A stretch of DNA of 64,000 nt from Pedosphaera sp. (GTDB taxonomy: Bacteria; Verrucomicrobiota; Verrucomicrobiia; Limisphaerales; SXQI01), in contig JANYDC010000119.1 of the NCBI GenBank assembly GCA_025359965.1, forward strand, positions 41,945 to 105,944, given 5' to 3'. Below, piece after piece: positions 59,168-64,000 of this stretch. The translations under genes were made by a program, and so were the position numbers. The notes beneath the pieces were generated by a model. The model was not told where the DNA came from. It saw only the letters and a list, made by a program, of their open reading frames with translations, and ran no database searches. The stretch's first letter is position 1. Each line of letters starts with the position of its first letter.

Positions 59168-60631
59168 GTGACACAAACGCCCATACGCAACCGCAACTTG
59201 CTCATCCTTGCTTTCGCCCTGCTTATGCATCTGGCTGGCGGTTGGTGGCTTCCTTTGCTCGATCGCGATGAACCCCGCTTTGCCGAAGCCTCGCGAGAAA
59301 TGCGAGAGCGCAACGACTGGGTCGTCCCGTACTTCAATAACCAATACCGATTCGACAAACCCCCGCTTGTATACTGGCTTCAGATTGCCGCCGCGAAGAC
59401 CATCGGCGAATCCGATGTCAGCGTTAGGTTGCCCTCAGTATTTGCCGCTGCTGCCACAGCCCTGGCCATCTACGGTTTCGGCCGCCGATGGCGCGATGAG
59501 CCGACCGGCTTTCGCGCTGCTCTCATCTTTACCTGCTGCCTCCAAACACTTATTCACGCCAAACTGGCCCTCGCGGACATGCTCATGATTGCATTTTCTA
59601 CCCTTGCACTCTGGGGTGGCTGGGAGCTCCTGCGGAATCCAGAGCCCCGTTTCTGGAGAAATCGCTGGTGGTGGGTTTTCTACATGGCCCTGGGACTGGC
59701 TTTTCTTGCCAAAGGTCCTGTCGGCTGGCTCCCACTCATACTGGTTGCTTGGAGCGCTCGTGATCTTCGCAGGAACGGACGACCGAGCCCTTGTGGTTGG
59801 CTCCCCGGAATTTTAATCATGTTTGGCGTTGTCGCCTTGTGGGGGATTCCAGCTCTTGTTCGCACCGAAGGGGAATACCTCAGGATTGGCATCGGCAAAC
59901 ATGTGGTCGCGCGTTCCATCCAGACCATGGACGGTCACGGTGCGCAAGGTCTGATGACTTATCTGGTGTCCCTGCCCTTTTACCTGCTCACATTTTTCAT
60001 GAGCTTCTTCCCGTGGTGCCTTAAAACGGCGCCTCTCTGGCGCACATGGCGCGCGCCAACTTCCACAGCTTTCAAAACCTGGGACGTGTTCTATCTCTCG
60101 CGAGGAATTCTCATCGTCTTGGTGATCTTTACTTTGGTGAAAACCAAACTGCCTCACTACACCCTGCCTGCCTTCCCGGCCCTCTGCCTGCTTGTCGCGT
60201 CCCTTTGGAGCGCCGCCGGACTAACCGAACGCTTTTTCCGCCGAGCCGTCGTTGCCATGGTACTTCTCAACGTGGCTATTTCTCTCATCGCCGCTCCTAT
60301 TCTCCGCCCCTACTTTCCAACCTTACAAATTCTGCACTTGGTAGAGTCCCACTTAACCCGCGAAACTGAACTGGCAACCAGTCACTACGAAGAACCCAGC
60401 CTTGTCTGGTACTTGCGCGCGCGCACACACAAGTTTCTCCAGACATTGGAGTCCGACCAAGTCCTAAGCTTCATCCGCCAACCCGGCTCCAAAATAGGAA
60501 TCCTTCCCAGCGAGGATTATACAAAGGCCGAATCCGTGACCAATGCCCCTTGGCAAACCCTCCGGATTCAAGGCTGGAATCCAGTGGTAGGAAAGCACAT
60601 GGATCTAACCGTTCTCATCCGCGAAAAGTGA
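59168..60631 (+). CDS. ArnT-family (GT-C) glycosyltransferase
   Basis: LDRDEPRFAEASREM, YRFDKPPLVYW, RLPS, LAKGPVG, TKLPHYTLPAFPA. Confidence 0.92.
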   Translation: MTQTPIRNRNLLILAFALLMHLAGGWWLPLLDRDEPRFAEASREMRERNDWVVPYFNNQYRFDKPPLVYWLQIAAAKTIGESDVSVRLPSVFAAAATALAIYGFGRRWRDEPTGFRAALIFTCCLQTLIHAKLALADMLMIAFSTLALWGGWELLRNPEPRFWRNRWWWVFYMALGLAFLAKGPVGWLPLILVAWSARDLRRNGRPSPCGWLPGILIMFGVVALWGIPALVRTEGEYLRIGIGKHVVARSIQTMDGHGAQGLMTYLVSLPFYLLTFFMSFFPWCLKTAPLWRTWRAPTSTAFKTWDVFYLSRGILIVLVIFTLVKTKLPHYTLPAFPALCLLVASLWSAAGLTERFFRRAVVAMVLLNVAISLIAAPILRPYFPTLQILHLVESHLTRETELATSHYEEPSLVWYLRARTHKFLQTLESDQVLSFIRQPGSKIGILPSEDYTKAESVTNAPWQTLRIQGWNPVVGKHMDLTVLIREK

Positions 60632-60634
60632 TTT

Positions 60635-61141
60635 CTATAGCAGACGGAAAGCATCGGCTCGGTAAGAACTCACAAAGAGAGTGAGCACCCCCGAGTGGAC
60701 ACGCTGTTTCTGCCCATCCCATCGTACCGAGGTCTGAGTGGCTACCATGCTGGAAAGCGCCTCAATGGCTTTCTCCGCCTTCCCCTCTTGAATGAATCCA
60801 GCGATGGCGTTGAGCAGGGTCACACCGAAAATCACAGAAGAATCCGTCCATTCGCCCAACACCGCTGTGACGGCTCCAGCCAACAGGAGGATGTAAACGA
60901 GCGGTTGGTTGAACTGCTGAAGGAAATGGAGCCAGCAGGAAGGGCCTTGCTTGGCCGGGATACAGTTCCTACCCAATTTCTCCTGACGCCTCTTTGCTTC
61001 AAGAGTGGAGAGTCCGGTCTTTATATCCACCTCGAGCAAGCGCAAGACTTCTTCAATTCTGAACGAATGCCAAGGCAAGCTTCCACCAATCTTCTTCGGG
61101 GCAGTTTCAGACGAGTCAGTAATCGTTGGCGGTTTTAGCAC
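60635..61141 (-). pseudogene. Truncated cation-transporting P-type ATPase (N-terminal fragment)
   Basis: WH..EEV..GLS..EAKRR..GRN, FLQQFNQPLVYILL, NAIAGFIQEGKAEKAIEAL, TSVRWDG; stops before the LVPGD/TGES/DKTGT motifs. Confidence 0.8.
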
Positions 61142-61402
61142 TGGGTCGGACTTACGTTACCGTCACCAAGCACCTGAGACCTCAAGAAAAATCAAACCAA
61201 CCCTGCACGGTAAATAATTGTATCGTTAGACCGCGAATTCGCTCAACCACTTTTGCCACAAAGAGTCTCTTATTTGGCAGCGACACCCGATTCGTCAAAT
61301 CCCGGCACCGGGGTACATATTATTGATAGACCGAACCATTTACCCAGTGGGAAACCGTCCCTAATCAAATCGACAGCGTTGCGCAAGGAAGTCTCCAAAA
61401 AA

Positions 61403-63703
61403 TTATTTAAGGGCAGCAGGGATTTGGTTGATGGTGTGATAAATTTCGACCGGGAAATTACCGCCGCCCTCTGCCAGTTTGAGATTGAATTGGGTCATCA
61501 CCTGCATTGCCCGTTGGATGCGGGGAACGTGAAGGAACAGCGTGCGACCGTCCGGCGAAAGGTCAACGGACGTCAGTTCAACCTGCTCCCCTTTCAACTC
61601 CCCTTTCTTGCCCACAATTTTGGCAGGCTCGCGGACGGAATAAAGGTCGGAGCCGTATTTTTCCGACCATTTGTAATTCCATTGTTGGAGGTTGTAATTC
61701 TGCAGATCGAGAGCTGATGATCTCTCGACCGGAGCCGTGAGAGTAATTTCCAATCCGCCTGGCCTTACATGCATGCTTTGCACCGTTGCCAAAACCTTGC
61801 CGGTGTAACGGACGCGATGCAAAGCCCCATCCCTTGCGGCCGTAGTCTGCCATCCTTTGAGTCCCGCCACGTAGAGTTGTCCATCGCGGGGGTTAAATCT
61901 TCCTCGCATGGCGCTTGTTTCAAAAGCCAGCGGAAATTTCACGACCCCCCCCTGCACCTGCCCGTCCACCTCGTCTTTCAAGACGTGGAACAATGCGCAT
62001 TTTCCGTAGGACATATGGAGCAACTCACCCTCAAAAGGCCCCCAGCGTTTGCTAGTCACCCACACCTGCCCTCCTGCGGAATTGTCCACGGCAAAAGGCA
62101 GCCAGCACAGTGGCTTATCGTAATCCGTGGGAACTGGTGTCCGATGGGCCGTGCCCATGCAACCGTAGAATCCCCCTTGCTTAATCCAGTTCAAACGGCA
62201 AACAGGCGTCCATATCCCCTCATTGTCGCTGCACGTCACCTGTCCGTCCGGACCGACTCCGGCCCCGTTCGGCGCACGCAAGCCAGTCGCATAAGTCGTC
62301 AACGTCTGACCATCGGGGGAAACTTGAAGCACGCAGCCATTGTGCGCTGAGATCGGGTCAAAGTAGTCCGTGCCCAACAGAGGTGCGCCTTTGGTGAAGT
62401 AAAAATTGCCCTGTGGATCGGTCTGGAGATCCATGACAAACTCGTGGAAGTTCGGCGTTGCGGTCACTTCGTTGTTGAACGCCTCGTAATAATCCGCCTC
62501 GCCATCCCCATTAAGGTCATGCAAACGGGTGATCTGATCGCGGCCAAGCACGTATATTTGGTCCCGGACGACTTTCAATCCCAGCGGTTGGAACAAGCCG
62601 GTGGCCACGCGCTGCCAGCTAAGGTTTTGCAAGGTTTCATCAATTCCAGAAACCACCCACACATCGCCGCTCCATGTCCCGACCGCCGCCCTGGTGCCAT
62701 CGGCAAAGAAGTCGAATCCGCCAAAACGCATCCATGAATTCCATGGATTGAAATCGGGTGCGTTCAACAAGTCGACTTCGTAGGAGCCGCCTTTGGCACC
62801 CAGAGTGCCGTGAGTCTTGATTCGCTCGGAAAACCTCTGAACAAAATTGCTGGTACACATCGAAGGCCATTCAACCGGCAATCTTGTTTTGGCTTGGTCC
62901 GCAGGAACAAGGCCTGGTTGCTCAAGAAGGCGTGCGGGTTTCAAAGTGGTCAGATCGGATGGCAAATGCGGCCCGACTAGAACGGTGAGAGTTGTAGCTT
63001 GAGAAACGGGCGGCAACTGCAAAGTAACCAGACCCGCTTTCTTCGCCACTAAGGCATCAGTTGGGCCGCCCTGGGTTTTAACTTCAACTGCGTCATCGGC
63101 AGCACAGATAAGCAATTCGACACGATGAGTGCTGGGGCCATAGGTCAGGCTGCGCAGAAAAATGGGACCGCCTGCGTGGTCAGTAAAACCAGGCATATCA
63201 AGCACCGGGCAATCACCCACCGTGTAGGACAACGCCACCCGTTCGCCACGGACATACAACCCTCGATACTTGGCCCAGGACTTGGGAAGCGGGCCGTAGG
63301 GTTCGGGTCGTGGATCTGCCCATTGGGTCGCGGAAGCCGCACCCGGTCCGACTAATGAATGAAAAACAAGTTTGCCCTTCACAGCCGGGCGAGAGCCTTC
63401 GGGTGGACGGTGGGTGCCATCAAAAGGTGTCCCCATCAATTTCAGCCATCCGCCAGTCCATCCGCCAGAGTAACGGCACAAATCGGTGTCAAAACACACC
63501 GACGCATTGGTGCCCAGCTTGATAGTGATTCCTTTGAGTGTGATGCCCTCCGGTTTTTCTCCTCCGACCGACCATGGCATGGTAACGGACGAACTCAGGA
63601 ACGGTCCGTAATCCATCTTGTCCCAACGAGGTTGACCCAATAAAACAGGGCACAGGAAAAGACTGATAAACAATGCACGGATCATTGAGCCATCTGTTAA
63701 CAA
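61403..63703 (-). CDS. Secreted DUF6797-like/beta-propeller dehydrogenase-like PVC protein (paralogue of 30605-32815)
   Basis: [68 protein letters not shown]. Confidence 0.78.
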   Translation of the reverse strand: MLTDGSMIRALFISLFLCPVLLGQPRWDKMDYGPFLSSSVTMPWSVGGEKPEGITLKGITIKLGTNASVCFDTDLCRYSGGWTGGWLKLMGTPFDGTHRPPEGSRPAVKGKLVFHSLVGPGAASATQWADPRPEPYGPLPKSWAKYRGLYVRGERVALSYTVGDCPVLDMPGFTDHAGGPIFLRSLTYGPSTHRVELLICAADDAVEVKTQGGPTDALVAKKAGLVTLQLPPVSQATTLTVLVGPHLPSDLTTLKPARLLEQPGLVPADQAKTRLPVEWPSMCTSNFVQRFSERIKTHGTLGAKGGSYEVDLLNAPDFNPWNSWMRFGGFDFFADGTRAAVGTWSGDVWVVSGIDETLQNLSWQRVATGLFQPLGLKVVRDQIYVLGRDQITRLHDLNGDGEADYYEAFNNEVTATPNFHEFVMDLQTDPQGNFYFTKGAPLLGTDYFDPISAHNGCVLQVSPDGQTLTTYATGLRAPNGAGVGPDGQVTCSDNEGIWTPVCRLNWIKQGGFYGCMGTAHRTPVPTDYDKPLCWLPFAVDNSAGGQVWVTSKRWGPFEGELLHMSYGKCALFHVLKDEVDGQVQGGVVKFPLAFETSAMRGRFNPRDGQLYVAGLKGWQTTAARDGALHRVRYTGKVLATVQSMHVRPGGLEITLTAPVERSSALDLQNYNLQQWNYKWSEKYGSDLYSVREPAKIVGKKGELKGEQVELTSVDLSPDGRTLFLHVPRIQRAMQVMTQFNLKLAEGGGNFPVEIYHTINQIPAALK

Positions 63704-63783
63704 TGCGTCGAGTGTTCCACAAGAAAGAAACGAGGCATTGCCAACAGTGCCGGATACGGCTACACCAACTGAAGTTCCCCGTT

Positions 63784-64000
63784 ATGAGACCAACGCAGTC
63801 ACCAGACTTTCGCTTCCAAGCCTTCACGCTAATCGAGCTTTTGGTGGTGATCGCCATCATCGCCATCCTTGCAAGCATGCTCCTTCCTGCGATGGCTCGC
63901 GCCAAGGCCAAGACGCAGCAAACCCGGTGCGTCAGCAACACCCGCCAAATCGGCATTTCTCTGGCGCTTTATGCAGAGGATTTTAATGACAGCATGCCCC
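63784..64000 (+). CDS. Prepilin-type N-terminal cleavage/methylation domain protein (runs off right edge)
   Basis: [57 protein letters not shown]. Confidence 0.92.
   Translation, partial: MRPTQSPDFRFQAFTLIELLVVIAIIAILASMLLPAMARAKAKTQQTRCVSNTRQIGISLALYAEDFNDSMP

Noticed and set aside
1-64000. CRISPR arrays, rRNA, intact IS/integrase/prophage genes, recognisable defence systems, classical riboswitches
   Set aside because: No regularly spaced repeats, transposase or integrase motifs, or riboswitch consensus were recognised by eye; a cmscan/HMM search would be needed to exclude weak hits.

Overview
Mostly core-genome window from a Verrucomicrobiota-like (PVC) bacterium. The lineage is inferred from the PVC-type RpoB insertion, the PVC-type EF-Tu effector loop, and the PEP-CTERM, DUF6797-like, PVC CxxCH and prepilin-type genes. 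Bases 1-12.6 kb hold the minus-strand tRNA-Thr-tuf-tRNA-Trp-tRNA-Ser-secE-nusG-rplKAJL-rpoBC cluster, with rpoC running off the left edge. It is followed by housekeeping genes (kdgK-like kinase, leuA, rpoN, panE, HU, trxB, ctpA, tsaD, uvrA, cls, ispH, dgt) interspersed with accessory genes. Main points of interest: (1) a five-gene putative lipid A/envelope remodelling cluster at 55.2-60.6 kb (GT2, PAP2-ArnT fusion, LAB_N, PAP2, ArnT) that parallels the rhizobial lpxE/rgt system but contains a fused phosphatase-glycosyltransferase; (2) a ~265-nt internally deleted group II intron relic abutting a frameshifted LysR that faces an RND pump; (3) a three-way-junction RNA with two identical GGCU loops directly upstream of rplL; (4) a leucine leader-peptide attenuator upstream of leuA; (5) three sigma54 -24/-12 motifs near rpoN, one positioned for autorepression. 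No CRISPR array, rRNA, or intact IS or prophage was seen. All calls come from reading the sequence by eye; no database search or folding program was run.
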